25,675 nt of DNA from an uncultured virus (IMG/VR IMGVR_UViG_3300037471_001331) (lineage: Duplodnaviria; Heunggongvirae; Uroviricota; Caudoviricetes), in IMG/VR virus record IMGVR_UViG_3300037471_001331; one strand, given 5' to 3'. Each line of letters starts with the position of its first letter. The first letter of the stretch is position 1. The position numbers were made by a program, and so were the translations under genes. Below, piece after piece: positions 8,638 through 17,213 of the stretch. The notes under the pieces were generated by a model. It was not told where the DNA came from. It saw only the letters and a program-made list of their open reading frames with translations, and searched no databases.

Positions 8638-9480
8638 ATGACGGCCAAGAAGAATGCTTTCATGTTGTCGAGCGCGACACTGATGATGTCGAAGTTCGGC
8701 ACCGGGACCCCCGTCCACGAACTCACCCCCGCGAATGACGGCATCGGCCTGTCGAAGGAAGTCGCCGTCGTGATCGACAGCGGCAGCATCGATCTGACGA
8801 CCGGCATCGCCCAGGCGCTGGTCGATTCCAAGCGCACCAACGTCGCCACCTCGATCAACTGCACCGTCCAGGAATATTCGGCCGAGAACATCCTGCGCGC
8901 CTCGGGCCTGGCCGCATCGAACGCCGTGACCGCCAAGCGCGGCAAGCTGACCGCGGTCGCCAACGCCGCGGCCACGTCGCTTTCGGTCGCCGACAACCCG
9001 ATCCCGGGCGAGGCGACGAGCTCGCTCGGCACCGCCGCGGGTGCGGTTGCAGCCGGCGCGACCGTCCTCATCCAGGACCCGACCACGCCCGAGCTGATCT
9101 TCCCGGCGCGCGTGAAGACCGCCTCGACCTACGCGGGCGGTGTCCACACGATCGACATCACCGACACGCCGATCCCGGCGGGAATGAGCTTCCCGGTCAA
9201 CGCGGTCGTGTGGGTCGTGACCGAGATCGCGGCCGGCTCGATCGACGAGGGCGACCTGTTCCAGGTCAAGATCGTCGGCACCCTGGCGAACTTCAATCGC
9301 CCGGTCGTGTACATCGCGCCCAAGGTGCAGATCATCAAGGGCTTCAACCTCTCGTTTACCGAGACCCAGTACGGCGGCATGCCGTGGGAGATGCGGGCGC
9401 TCCTGCTCTCCGCGTCGGAAGCAACCGGGCGCCTCGCCGAGATCGGCACGCGCGCGACCGGCAAGGTCTACGCCGCCTAA
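8638..9480 (+). CDS. major tail tube protein
   Basis: 280 aa, Ala/Thr/Val-rich, strongly biased codons, GAGGAG SD, followed by an intrinsic terminator. Tube-like motifs IGLSKEV and FNLSFTETQYGGMPWE. Confidence 0.75.
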   Translation: MTAKKNAFMLSSATLMMSKFGTGTPVHELTPANDGIGLSKEVAVVIDSGSIDLTTGIAQALVDSKRTNVATSINCTVQEYSAENILRASGLAASNAVTAKRGKLTAVANAAATSLSVADNPIPGEATSSLGTAAGAVAAGATVLIQDPTTPELIFPARVKTASTYAGGVHTIDITDTPIPAGMSFPVNAVVWVVTEIAAGSIDEGDLFQVKIVGTLANFNRPVVYIAPKVQIIKGFNLSFTETQYGGMPWEMRALLLSASEATGRLAEIGTRATGKVYAA

Positions 9481-9505
9481 CGGGCCATTCAGTTAGGAAC
9501 GGGAG

Positions 9506-9533
9506 AGGCCGGGGCGAAAGCTCCGGCCTTTTT
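9506..9533 (+). terminator. intrinsic terminator
   Basis: AGGCCGGGGC-GAAA-GCTCCGGCCT stem-loop followed by a T run. Confidence 0.85.
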
Positions 9534-9551
9534 CGTTGCATCTGACTGAGT

Positions 9552-9562
9552 CTAATCCACAG
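9552..9562 (+). promoter_or_regulatory. CTAATCCACA motif copy 3
   Basis: CTAATCCACAG just after the terminator, 55 nt before GTG 9607. Confidence 0.6.
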
Positions 9563-9606
9563 TCGGGCCTAGTCCACCACAGTCACCCGAACATACAGGC
9601 TGGGCG

Positions 9607-10101
9607 GTGACTGCGATCCCCTCCGGACATATCCAAGACGCACAGAAGCTCACGGCGGACGCCGAGATCGATCTGTTCGAGCTGACGCCGGCCGGCGGCG
9701 GCGGGACCGTCTATTTCAAGGCCGACAACGACCTCACCTGGCAGGGCCAGACCTATGAGGGTCTGCCGATCACGCTCAACGGCATCAAGAAGTCCAGCGA
9801 CGGCAGCGCGCTGATGCCGAAGCTGACACTCGGCGACGGCTCGATCGATCTCTCGCCGTTCAAGCCGCTGGCCTACGACGGCTACCTCGACGGGGCCACG
9901 GTCGTCCACAAGAAGGTGCTGCTCGACAACGCGAAGGCCAACCTGCCAGTCTACGAGAAGTGGACCTATCGCGTGAAGCGCGTGCCGTCCTACAACCGGC
10001 TGCTCATCGAGCTCCAGCTGGCGACAGCCTCTGACGCGCTGGGGTTCACGCTGCCGTTCCGGCAGTACTTCCCGCCAGCCTTCCCGGCGGTGCTCCAGTG
10101 A
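9607..10101 (+). CDS. minor tail protein (lambda gpL/hub-like)
   Basis: IDLFEL...VYF...LTWQGQTYEGLPI...PKLT pattern typical of gpL-type proteins. Precedes the NlpC, JAB and gpI genes. Confidence 0.75.
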   Translation: MTAIPSGHIQDAQKLTADAEIDLFELTPAGGGGTVYFKADNDLTWQGQTYEGLPITLNGIKKSSDGSALMPKLTLGDGSIDLSPFKPLAYDGYLDGATVVHKKVLLDNAKANLPVYEKWTYRVKRVPSYNRLLIELQLATASDALGFTLPFRQYFPPAFPAVLQ

Positions 10102-10565
10102 CGCTGCGCTACGAGCACCTTGTCGGCCTTCCGTATAGCGCCGAGCGCGACTGCTACGAGCTTGGCCGCGACTTCTTTCGCGACAATTTCGGGATCGAGC
10201 TCACGCCCTACGCCCGGCCGCACGACTGGTCAGCCGATAGGCACGACCTGATCCGTCAGCTGCACGAGCGCGAAGGCTTCCGGATGCTCCCCGACTGGAC
10301 GGCCAAGGACATCCGGCCGGCGGATGTTTTCTGCCTCGCGATCGGGTCGAGCAACCCGAACCACTTCGCCATCTACGTCGGTGACAACAAGCTGCTCCAC
10401 CACCTGCGCGGTCGGTTCAGCAGCGTCGAGCCCTACCGCGATTTCTACCGCAACTCGACGACCTTCCTTCTTCGCCACCCGGACGTGCCGGATCTCCGGC
10501 CGGTCCTCCCCGAAACCACCATCGAGGCTCTGCTCCGTGAGCGATACAACCCACGAACTGCTTGA
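10098..10565 (+). CDS. NlpC/P60 tail assembly protein (C-terminal half of lambda gpK)
   Basis: DCYEL catalytic Cys and NHFAIYVGDNKLLHH His motifs. GTGA overlap. Confidence 0.85.
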   Translation: MTLRYEHLVGLPYSAERDCYELGRDFFRDNFGIELTPYARPHDWSADRHDLIRQLHEREGFRMLPDWTAKDIRPADVFCLAIGSSNPNHFAIYVGDNKLLHHLRGRFSSVEPYRDFYRNSTTFLLRHPDVPDLRPVLPETTIEALLRERYNPRTA

Positions 10566-10896
10566 CTTCATCGACCTCGACGAGCTCGCCCCGGGCGAGC
10601 CGGAGATGTGCGGTGTCGTCATGGACAACGGCTGCGTCGTTGCGCTCCCCAACATTCACGAGGACCCAGTCAAAGGCTTCCGCATCGAACCGAAGGCCTT
10701 CCTCGAGCACGTCGAGCAGGGGGCAGTTGCAACCTGGCACACCCACCCCGGCCAGGACCCGACTTTATCGGAAGAGGATCTCGAGGGGTTTCGCGCCTGG
10801 CCGCGGCTCATCCACCTGATCGTCGGCGTCCGCAAGGGAGAGCCGGCCGTCGAAGCCTATAGGGTCGTCGAGGGCGGCATCGTGGTGCGGGCATGA
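10537..10896 (+). CDS. JAB/MPN (JAMM) metalloprotease-domain protein (N-terminal half of lambda gpK)
   Basis: EMCGVV and WHTHP-x6-S-x2-D JAMM motif. GTG start at 10537 inferred. Confidence 0.85.
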   Translation: MSDTTHELLDFIDLDELAPGEPEMCGVVMDNGCVVALPNIHEDPVKGFRIEPKAFLEHVEQGAVATWHTHPGQDPTLSEEDLEGFRAWPRLIHLIVGVRKGEPAVEAYRVVEGGIVVRA

Positions 10897-11450
10897 AGGT
10901 CATCTTCCACGGCCTCCTCGCCGAGAAATATGGCCGCGAGTTCGAAATCCAGACGGACATTCCGTCCGAGGCCGTGAACGGCCTTGCCCGGCAGCTCCCG
11001 GACTGGGATCGCGACCTCGCGGTCGAGGTGATCGATTACCCGACCGAAGAGCTCCTGCGGGCGCCGACGGACGCCAAGGAAATCCACGTCATGCCGGCGA
11101 TGTACGGGGGCGGCGGCACTGCCAAGGTCATCATCGGTGCCGTGCTGTTCATTGCCGGTGCGGTGATGATGTTCATCCCCGGTTTGCAGATCTACGGCAT
11201 GGGCCTGATGTCGCTCGGCGCCAGCCTGATGATGGCCGGCATCTCCGAGCTCAGCTTCAAGGCCCCGTCGGTCGACAAGTCCAACGACCCGCCGCCGTCC
11301 AAGTATCTCGGCATCAACCAGAACACGACTGCGATCGGCACCCTGATCATCATGGCCTGGGGCCGGGTCAAGCTCGCCGGTCACTGGCTCTCGCTTCAAT
11401 CTGACTCGTCCGATCTCGTGACGACGTCCTTCCCCCACACCACCAGCTAA
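10893..11450 (+). CDS. tail assembly protein I (lambda gpI-like)
   Basis: MKVIFHGLLAEKYG ubiquitin-like N-terminus, IHVMP...GGG, hydrophobic segment, NTTAIGTLIIMAWGRV C-terminal motif. Confidence 0.85.
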   Translation: MKVIFHGLLAEKYGREFEIQTDIPSEAVNGLARQLPDWDRDLAVEVIDYPTEELLRAPTDAKEIHVMPAMYGGGGTAKVIIGAVLFIAGAVMMFIPGLQIYGMGLMSLGASLMMAGISELSFKAPSVDKSNDPPPSKYLGINQNTTAIGTLIIMAWGRVKLAGHWLSLQSDSSDLVTTSFPHTTS

Positions 11451-11458
11451 GGATTCTC

Positions 11459-12685
11459 ATGCAGATCGACCTACGTCTCAGAGAGTGGGCGACGCCCGCC
11501 CAGGCCCGCGTCATCGAGGCGGTCTACCGCAACAACGGCAGCAAGCGCGCCGCGGCGAAGGAGCTGGGCATCCATCGCCGCTCGATCGACCGTGCGATTG
11601 CCGCCGTCGAGAAGAAGGCTGCGGCCCACGGCTACGCCCCGGCCTGCAACCTCAACTCGCCCATCCCCGAGCCGTTCATCGCGCGCGGGCACTCCACGCT
11701 CGAGAAGGTCCACCCGAACGGCGATCGCGAGGTCGTGCTGCAGTGGACCAAGACCAGGCTCGACGAACAGAAATGGCTCGAGCTCATCCAGGAGGCAGTC
11801 GAGAGCTTTGTCGAAGGCGTCGAACCCGTCGAGGTGCCGGCAGGGCCGCTCGAATATCAGTCGGACATCATCCCCTGGATCCAGATCGGCGACGCCCATT
11901 TCGGCATGCTCGCCCACGCCGCCGAGACGGGCCAGAACTTCGACCTCAAGATCGCCGAGAGCGAGCTCTGCGGCGCGATCGGCCTTCTTATCGACGAACT
12001 GCCGGCCAGCGAGGTCATCGTCATCAACGATCTCGGTGACTTCACGCACTACGAGAATTTCAAGGCCGAGACCGAGGCCAGCGGCCACAAGCTCGACGCT
12101 GACGGCCGCTTCCCGAAGATGATCAAGGTCTACAGCCGCGTCATGCGCTGGATCGTCGACAAGGCGCTGACCAAGGCCCAGCGCGTCGACGTCATCGTCA
12201 ACCAGGGCAACCACAGCCGCACCAACGACATCTGGATGGCTGAGCTCCTGCGCGTTGCCTATGGCGACAGCGGGCGCGTCAATATCCTCAACAACGACAA
12301 CGTCTTCATCGGCTACCGGATGGGCAACACGCTGGTGATGACCCATCACTCGGACCAGTGCCGCCCCGATCGGCTCTGCGGCGTCATGACCACCGAGTTC
12401 CGCCAGGACTACGGCGAGACCGAGTTCCATTACATCGACATCGGCCACATCCACCACAAGATGGTCGCCAAGGAGCATCCGGGGATCATCATCGAGAGCT
12501 TCAACATCCTCGCGGCTCCCGACAAGTACGCCCACGACCACGGCTACAGCAGCCGGCAATGCATCAGCGTCATCCTGCGAAGCCGCACCTACGGCGAAGT
12601 CGGCCGGCGCGTGCTGGGCATCAAGGAGGTCCGCGACCGCTTGTCGTTCAAGCCGGCCCAGTCCCGCCGCGCCTTCGCAGCCTAA
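11459..12685 (+). CDS. HTH-fused calcineurin-like metallophosphoesterase
   Basis: N-terminal HTH (GSKRAAAKELGIHRRSI) plus GDAHFG, LGD, GNH, H and GHIH phosphoesterase motifs. Confidence 0.8.
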   Translation: MQIDLRLREWATPAQARVIEAVYRNNGSKRAAAKELGIHRRSIDRAIAAVEKKAAAHGYAPACNLNSPIPEPFIARGHSTLEKVHPNGDREVVLQWTKTRLDEQKWLELIQEAVESFVEGVEPVEVPAGPLEYQSDIIPWIQIGDAHFGMLAHAAETGQNFDLKIAESELCGAIGLLIDELPASEVIVINDLGDFTHYENFKAETEASGHKLDADGRFPKMIKVYSRVMRWIVDKALTKAQRVDVIVNQGNHSRTNDIWMAELLRVAYGDSGRVNILNNDNVFIGYRMGNTLVMTHHSDQCRPDRLCGVMTTEFRQDYGETEFHYIDIGHIHHKMVAKEHPGIIIESFNILAAPDKYAHDHGYSSRQCISVILRSRTYGEVGRRVLGIKEVRDRLSFKPAQSRRAFAA

Positions 12686-12692
12686 TCCACAG
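12682..12692 (+). promoter_or_regulatory. CTAATCCACA motif copy 4
   Basis: CTAATCCACAG begins 55 nt before ATG 12737; TAGGCT at -11..-6. Confidence 0.6.
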
Positions 12693-12736
12693 CACCATCG
12701 TGAGTTCACCGCGATGGTGAGGGCATAGGCTCGACG

Positions 12737-15700
12737 ATGGACATCGAATTTCGCGGCTCAGGTGGCGGGGACAGCGGCAGCGGCAGCAGTAGCAGCACGA
12801 GCTTCGTCCAGAAGCCCGACACGCTGCGCTCGAATGACACGTTCGAAGGCCTTCTTGGACTGTGCGTAGGCCCGATCAAGGGGCCGGTCGACGGGATGAA
12901 GAACATTCGCGTCAACGACACTCCGATCGAGGACACCAGCGGTAACCTCAACTTCCAGAATTTCACTGCTGTCTTCGCCGACGGAGACCCGCTGAAGTTC
13001 CCGCAGATCTGCAACCTCCAGCTCGGCGCCGCGGGCGCACCGACGGCGATCAACGTCACGCTTGCCAACACCGGCGGGCCCGGGACCGGCACCTGGGTCA
13101 CGCGCACGGTCACCAACACCAACGCCGAGGCGATCGACCTGCGCTTCGTCGTCAGCCAGCTCTACCGCCAGGACGCGGACGGCATCTACGAGACGACCGC
13201 CAACCTCGAGATCCAGATGAAGCCGACGGGCACGACGACCTGGATCAACCCCTTCGCCTCGAACGGGAACACGACCCCGCCGCAATCCGACAGCGGCTAC
13301 ACGGTCAACAGCGGCTATGCGACCGATCCCGAGACGGGCATCGTGATGACCGGCGGGTCGACGCAGATCTACCAGACCGAGGCGACGCAAAGCAGCCAGC
13401 CCGACACCGCGCCGGCCGGCACCTATTCCACCTTTCTGGCGATCACCGGCAAGACGACCAGCCCGTTCGTCAAAGAGCTGAGGATCAAGGTCCCGAACAC
13501 CGGCGTCTACGCCAACAAGGGCTGGGACATTCGTGTTCGCCTGAACGAGGTCGCGACCCTCGACGCCGACCCGAACTTCGAAAAGCGCACGATCAGCTGG
13601 GAGTCGATGACTGCGGTCTATAACCCGAAGCTCGGGACGCAGGAGGATTGGCGCGGCGTCTCCTGGCTCCAGCTCTTCGGCAAGGCCAGCGACAATTTCA
13701 CGGGCGTGCCGGAAGTCAGCGGCATCTACGAGACGAAGATCGTTCAGGTGCCGCCGTCGACCGTGTTCAACCCGACCACGCGGGCTTACACCGGCACGAT
13801 CTGGGACGGTTCGTGGGCAAAGGCCTACACCAACGATCCCGCCTGGATCATCAACGACGCTATTTCAGACTCGCTCTCGGGCCTCGCCCGGCTGACCCCT
13901 GGCGCGCACCTCAACAAGTGGGACGCGCTCGAGCTGTCCAAATATGCCAGCGGGCTCGTCACCAACGGCGACGGCGGAACCCACCCCCGCTTCTCCATGA
14001 ACCTCGTCGTCACCGAGGCGCAGCGAAGCGACGAGTTCATCCGGTGGATGGCCGGCGCTTGCGGCGGCACCGCGTGGGACAACGGCCAGGGCGAATGGCG
14101 GCTCGTCGTCGACAAGCCGCGGAATCCCTCGGCGCTCTTCACTTGGGAGAACATCGACGGGGAATTCTCCTACAGCCACACCGACATCGACACGCGCTTC
14201 AACGACGTGACCGTCGTCTTCCTCAACGAGGAATTCGACTATCGCGAGGATCGCGTCCGCATCACCGATGATGCCCACATCGCCCAGTACGGCCGCAAGC
14301 CGACGAAGGTCATCGGCGTCGGCTGCACCCACCGGCAGCAGGCGCTTCGCTGGGCGATCCTCAAGATGCGGACCTGCGTCAACGAGTTCCGCGCGGTCAC
14401 TTTCACCACCAACCGGCAGGGCAAGCATCTCGAGCGCTTCGACTGGATCCTCGTCGCCGATCAGTCGCTGAACATGACGACCGACGATCTCAAGCGCACG
14501 ACCGGCCGGATCGTCCAGAACAAGGGCGGCTCGATCGTCCTGCGTGACACGATCAGGCTCGAGGTCGGCGTTGCCTATACGATCCGGGTCACCACCCCGA
14601 ACCCCAATTACAACCCTGACAGCACCACGGCACCGACGAGCACGGACTGGGCGCTCCCGACGATCGTTACCACCCGCACGGTCACGAACAGCGGGACCCA
14701 GCGGGGCGACGTCAAGGAGATATTCCTTGATAGCGCGTTGCCGGTCGACGTGGCGGCGAACGCCAACGTCGCGCTCGAGGCTGTCGGCCTCCCGAGCGTC
14801 CCCAAGGTCTACCGCGTCCTGGACCTGCAGTACGCCGACGACAATGAGCGAGTGATCGTCAATGCGATCGAAGTCGACACCGGCAAGTACACGGCCTCGG
14901 ACCTGGGCGACTATTATTATGTGATGCCGGGCTATCCGGGCAGCGGTAGCGGCAGCGGAGGCAGCGTCGTCCCGAAGCCTGTGGCGCCGGTCGGCGGGAT
15001 GTTCTCGCTGAGCTCATTCACCAACAAATTTGGTGGTCAGACCTTCGTCCTGATCGCGAACTGGGATCGGCCGGCCAACTGCCCCGACTTCGCCAAGTTC
15101 AGGGTGAAGGTCACCCGCAACGGTTCGTCGGTGATCTTTCAAGGCGACCAGACCTCAGACGTGTGGGAGGACTTCAACCCGCTCTTCGGCACCTACAAGA
15201 TTGAGGTCCGAACGGTTACGACCTCGGGCAAGGTCAGTCTTCCGACCACGTCCACCTATACGCTGTCGTCCACCTATCGGCAGGTCTATGTCGGATACGG
15301 ACCGCCGACGATCTCGGCGACCTACGATTCAGGCGGGACCACGCCCCAGGACCTGCCGAAGGACAATTACTACAAGCTCATCGCCAACGGCAACGTGGTT
15401 ACCACCGGGGTGACCTGGCAGTACCGCGTCGTCGACGGACATGTGAACGGGTGGGGTCCCGACAACGGCTGGCACGCCATGACCGTCGCCAGCGGCGTCG
15501 GCACTTTCACGCTGACGAGCGTCGAAATCGACAAGAGCAGCGTCGAGATCCAGGCAAAATCCACTTCGGGGCTTGTTGCGAGCGAGGTCGTGACCGTGTC
15601 GAAGGTCCTGAGTTCGGTCAGCACCGGCGGCGGCACCGGCACCGGCAGCGGTACCGGCACGGGCAGCGTCAGTCAGACCAGCGGGTTCACGTCGTTCAAC

Positions 15701-16123
15701 ACGCCGGGAACGACGTTCCAGGTCATCTCCGGGCAGCTCGACCTGACACTTCCTTCCGGGAAGACGGACGTAACGGCCCAAATCAATCTCACGGTCAAAG
15801 TCGCGAAGACGGCGAACAACCAGGGGCCGTGGGACATCGAGTATAAGTTGCAGCGCAACATCGGGGGCACCTGGACCGACATCGGTTTGGTGCAGCATTC
15901 CAGTCCGGACCCGTATACCGACGACGCGCTTATCGGTGACGACCCCAGTGAAGGCACCATGTTGGTGGCGAACAGCGGGGCGATGAACACCAACATCTAT
16001 GACACCGGGCTCACGTCCGGCTCGACGTATAGCTACCGGCTCCTGGCGCGCGTTGCGACCAGCGCGCCGACCAATGCTGTGGCCGTGACCTTCACGGGCA
16101 CGTTCACGATGGTGACGCCATGA
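12737..16123 (+). CDS. tail tip / host-specificity protein (lambda gpJ-like)
   Basis: 1128 aa with GPIKG, YTGTIWDGSWAKAYTNDPAW and GCTHRQQALRW gpJ motifs, then FN3-like and beta-rich C-terminal domains. Confidence 0.92.
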   Translation: MDIEFRGSGGGDSGSGSSSSTSFVQKPDTLRSNDTFEGLLGLCVGPIKGPVDGMKNIRVNDTPIEDTSGNLNFQNFTAVFADGDPLKFPQICNLQLGAAGAPTAINVTLANTGGPGTGTWVTRTVTNTNAEAIDLRFVVSQLYRQDADGIYETTANLEIQMKPTGTTTWINPFASNGNTTPPQSDSGYTVNSGYATDPETGIVMTGGSTQIYQTEATQSSQPDTAPAGTYSTFLAITGKTTSPFVKELRIKVPNTGVYANKGWDIRVRLNEVATLDADPNFEKRTISWESMTAVYNPKLGTQEDWRGVSWLQLFGKASDNFTGVPEVSGIYETKIVQVPPSTVFNPTTRAYTGTIWDGSWAKAYTNDPAWIINDAISDSLSGLARLTPGAHLNKWDALELSKYASGLVTNGDGGTHPRFSMNLVVTEAQRSDEFIRWMAGACGGTAWDNGQGEWRLVVDKPRNPSALFTWENIDGEFSYSHTDIDTRFNDVTVVFLNEEFDYREDRVRITDDAHIAQYGRKPTKVIGVGCTHRQQALRWAILKMRTCVNEFRAVTFTTNRQGKHLERFDWILVADQSLNMTTDDLKRTTGRIVQNKGGSIVLRDTIRLEVGVAYTIRVTTPNPNYNPDSTTAPTSTDWALPTIVTTRTVTNSGTQRGDVKEIFLDSALPVDVAANANVALEAVGLPSVPKVYRVLDLQYADDNERVIVNAIEVDTGKYTASDLGDYYYVMPGYPGSGSGSGGSVVPKPVAPVGGMFSLSSFTNKFGGQTFVLIANWDRPANCPDFAKFRVKVTRNGSSVIFQGDQTSDVWEDFNPLFGTYKIEVRTVTTSGKVSLPTTSTYTLSSTYRQVYVGYGPPTISATYDSGGTTPQDLPKDNYYKLIANGNVVTTGVTWQYRVVDGHVNGWGPDNGWHAMTVASGVGTFTLTSVEIDKSSVEIQAKSTSGLVASEVVTVSKVLSSVSTGGGTGTGSGTGTGSVSQTSGFTSFNTPGTTFQVISGQLDLTLPSGKTDVTAQINLTVKVAKTANNQGPWDIEYKLQRNIGGTWTDIGLVQHSSPDPYTDDALIGDDPSEGTMLVANSGAMNTNIYDTGLTSGSTYSYRLLARVATSAPTNAVAVTFTGTFTMVTP

Positions 16124-16626
16124 GATATGTGATTGAGAAGGATGGCGAGCGCCAGAACGTCTCCACCCTCGAAGGCCACGAGGACTGGACGGTCATCTCC
16201 GAAGTCGATGATGAGCTGCCGGACCCGGAAGCTGAGCTCGTCGACGGCGCCTGGGTCGTCCCGCTGGACATCCTGAAGCAGCGCAAGTGGGAAGACGCCA
16301 AAATCTACCGGGACTTCCGGCGGAGCCTGGGCTGCGCGACGCCCAAGGGGCGGATGGACAGCGACGAGGAGAGCAAGGTTAAGCTCAACGGCGCCGTCAC
16401 CATGGCCCAGCTCGTCGGGGACACTTTCAGCGTCAACTGGACGATGGAGGACAACAGCGTCGTCACCCACAACAAGGCTGAGATCGAGGCCGCGGGCCTC
16501 GCCGTCGGGCAATATGACATGCAGTGCCACGCCGTTGGACAGTCGCTGCGAGAGCAGATCGACGCCGCGACGACCGCTGCGGAGCTCGACGCGATCGATA
16601 TCGAAGGAGCCGCCTGGCCCGGTTGA
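16120..16626 (+). CDS. tail fibre assembly-associated protein (DUF4376-like)
   Basis: DSDEES...LNGAV...WTMEDNS...LREQIDAATTAAELDAI pattern. ATGA overlap with gpJ. Confidence 0.7.
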   Translation: MRYVIEKDGERQNVSTLEGHEDWTVISEVDDELPDPEAELVDGAWVVPLDILKQRKWEDAKIYRDFRRSLGCATPKGRMDSDEESKVKLNGAVTMAQLVGDTFSVNWTMEDNSVVTHNKAEIEAAGLAVGQYDMQCHAVGQSLREQIDAATTAAELDAIDIEGAAWPG

Positions 16627-16683
16627 TGCCGGTGTCACCGACGCTGCTGTCGCTGGGTCGGAAGCCGTTGATATCGGCGGGGA

Positions 16684-17046
16684 ATGGACGACGTACCGCT
16701 GATCCTCGAAGCACTGCCCTACGAGCGCAACGGTCGCGGCCTCTTCATGGTCTATGAGACGTTCGAGCATGCCGGTATCAGCGTGCCGGCCGGTTTCGTC
16801 ACCGACCTCGCGTCCATCCCGGCGATCGCCCGGATGTTCCTGCCGGTGTCGGGCCATGTCTCGAAGCCGGCCGTGCTTCACGACTGGCTGCTGCAGTGCG
16901 GGGAAGTCGATCACGCGAACACGGTGTTCGCCGATACGCTACGGGAGGCCGGTGTATCCCCGGTCTCCCGCTGGCTGATGGTCGCTGCCGTCAGGTGCTA
17001 CTGGTGGTTCAAGATGCTCGGCAGCGGTTCCGAGTACGTCCGCTAG
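16684..17046 (+). CDS. DUF1353-like protein
   Basis: VPAGFVTDLASIP...AVLHDWL motif. Confidence 0.75.
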   Translation: MDDVPLILEALPYERNGRGLFMVYETFEHAGISVPAGFVTDLASIPAIARMFLPVSGHVSKPAVLHDWLLQCGEVDHANTVFADTLREAGVSPVSRWLMVAAVRCYWWFKMLGSGSEYVR

Positions 17047-17213
17047 CTGTTGCGGCAGTAGGTCGGCGTCTTCTCGTACGGAGAGCCGATGCTGTGAGCC
17101 TCGCAGTGAACAACCGGCCGGATCACCGGTTTACATTGGAGCTCGACGCGCTGGCTCTCCGCCGGGGCGTAGAGCACCACGACCGCGGCGACGAACATCA
17201 GGAAACCGCGCAT
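17043..17213 (-). CDS. small secreted/membrane peptide (56 aa)
   Basis: GAAGGAG SD, ATG 17213, signal-like [18 protein letters not shown]. Overlaps the kinase stop. Confidence 0.5.
   Translation of the reverse strand: MRGFLMFVAAVVVLYAPAESQRVELQCKPVIRPVVHCEAHSIGSPYEKTPTYCRNS

Noticed and set aside
10537..11450. JAB plus ubiquitin-like gene as a CBASS/Bil-type defence system
   Set aside because: Context is the lambda L-K-I-J tail tip module; no E1, E2 or cyclase genes present.
12737..16626. Diversity-generating retroelement targeting the tail tip
   Set aside because: No reverse transcriptase or TR/VR repeat pair seen in the window.
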